From Octopus vulgaris (lineage: Eukaryota), in the NCBI GenBank assembly GCA_951406725.2, contig OX597822.1, positions 97,030,001-97,094,000 on the forward strand: a stretch of DNA of 64,000 nucleotides, given 5' to 3'. The notes below the pieces were generated by a model. It did no database searches, was not told the DNA's origin, and worked only from the letters and a program-made list of their open reading frames with translations. Positions 63,236 to 64,000 of the stretch are shown here, one piece after another. A program made the position numbers and the translations under genes. Numbering within the stretch: the stretch's first letter is position 1; every line of letters starts with the position of its first letter.

Positions 63236-63900
63236 CTAGGTTTCTTTCAAAAAACATATCTAAAGCAAAATTTCATAGACCCTTGATTTACTTATTTTGC
63301 TTGCATGGACCTCGCAAAAATCTTATATGGACGCTCAGGGGTCGTATGGATCCTGACTCAGAATCACTGGATTAGATGAATATGTTATTTGAAGCATCGT
63401 AATATAGCCAGGTTCCCTTCTTAATGTTACCTTTTTATCCAAATAAAGGATCTCTTATTCCACACAGCCTTGCATATCTACAATAGGCTTCCACAATAGG
63501 TTTCTATCAACTGATTTCCCTTACAAGGCATTGGTCAACCCAATGCTATAATAGAAGACACTTACTCGAGGTACTGCATAGTTGGATTGAACTTGAGACC
63601 AGATGGTTATGAAGTACACTTCTTAACCACACGACCATGCTTGCACCTACAATGAAGTTAAACTTGCATACATTTAGAAGATAAATTTTCATAAAAGCAG
63701 AAAAATTTTAATTTTAAAACCATTATTTCTAAATTAACTGAAAATATATGAAACATTGCAGAGGGTGTCCCTAGTTATAGATATTGTTTCAAGGTATATA
63801 ACTCCAATATGGATTATAATTAAAGTTATTTTACCTTGATCCAATTCTCCCATACAATATTGTCGCTCCTACAGTGGTTTCAGTATGTCTTTTTAGTCTT

Positions 63901-64000
63901 TAGTCTTTTAGTTGTTTCAGTCATTTGACTGCGGCCATGCTGGAGCACCGCCTTTAGTCGAGCAAATCGACCCCGGAACTTATTCTTTGTAAGCCCAGTA
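63901..64000 (-). mobile_element. SINE family B 3' end (runs off the window)
   Basis: tgtttcagtcatttgactgcggccatgctggagcaccgccttta. Confidence 0.85.

Overview
AT-rich, microsatellite-dense animal genomic DNA. The SINE/LINE/MITE repertoire looks like Octopus (coleoid cephalopod); this is inferred, not searched. Most of 1.9-43.0 kb (+) is a multi-exon MAST-family AGC Ser/Thr kinase gene (DUF1908 + kinase + AGC C-tail + PDZ + Ser/Pro-rich tail). Its 5' start is probably upstream of the window; about 21 GT-AG exons with consistent phases give roughly 1,260 aa, followed by a TE-poor putative long 3' UTR. The first PDZ exon is split with its halves in reversed order (3' half at 38962-39018, 5' half at 39758-39921), inside a patchwork of short local duplications; this is either a misassembly or a complex rearrangement. 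Downstream (47-64 kb) is retroelement-dense: CR1-group LINE copies, SINEs, and a Penelope-like cluster (54.8-58.3 kb). That cluster holds a GIY-YIG endonuclease remnant, a ~517-bp near-perfect palindrome and several hammerhead ribozyme motifs, one with a fully canonical core (56894-56937). Most ORFs in the supplied track are microsatellite or SINE artefacts. Repeat boundaries are approximate; family names A-D are my own labels.
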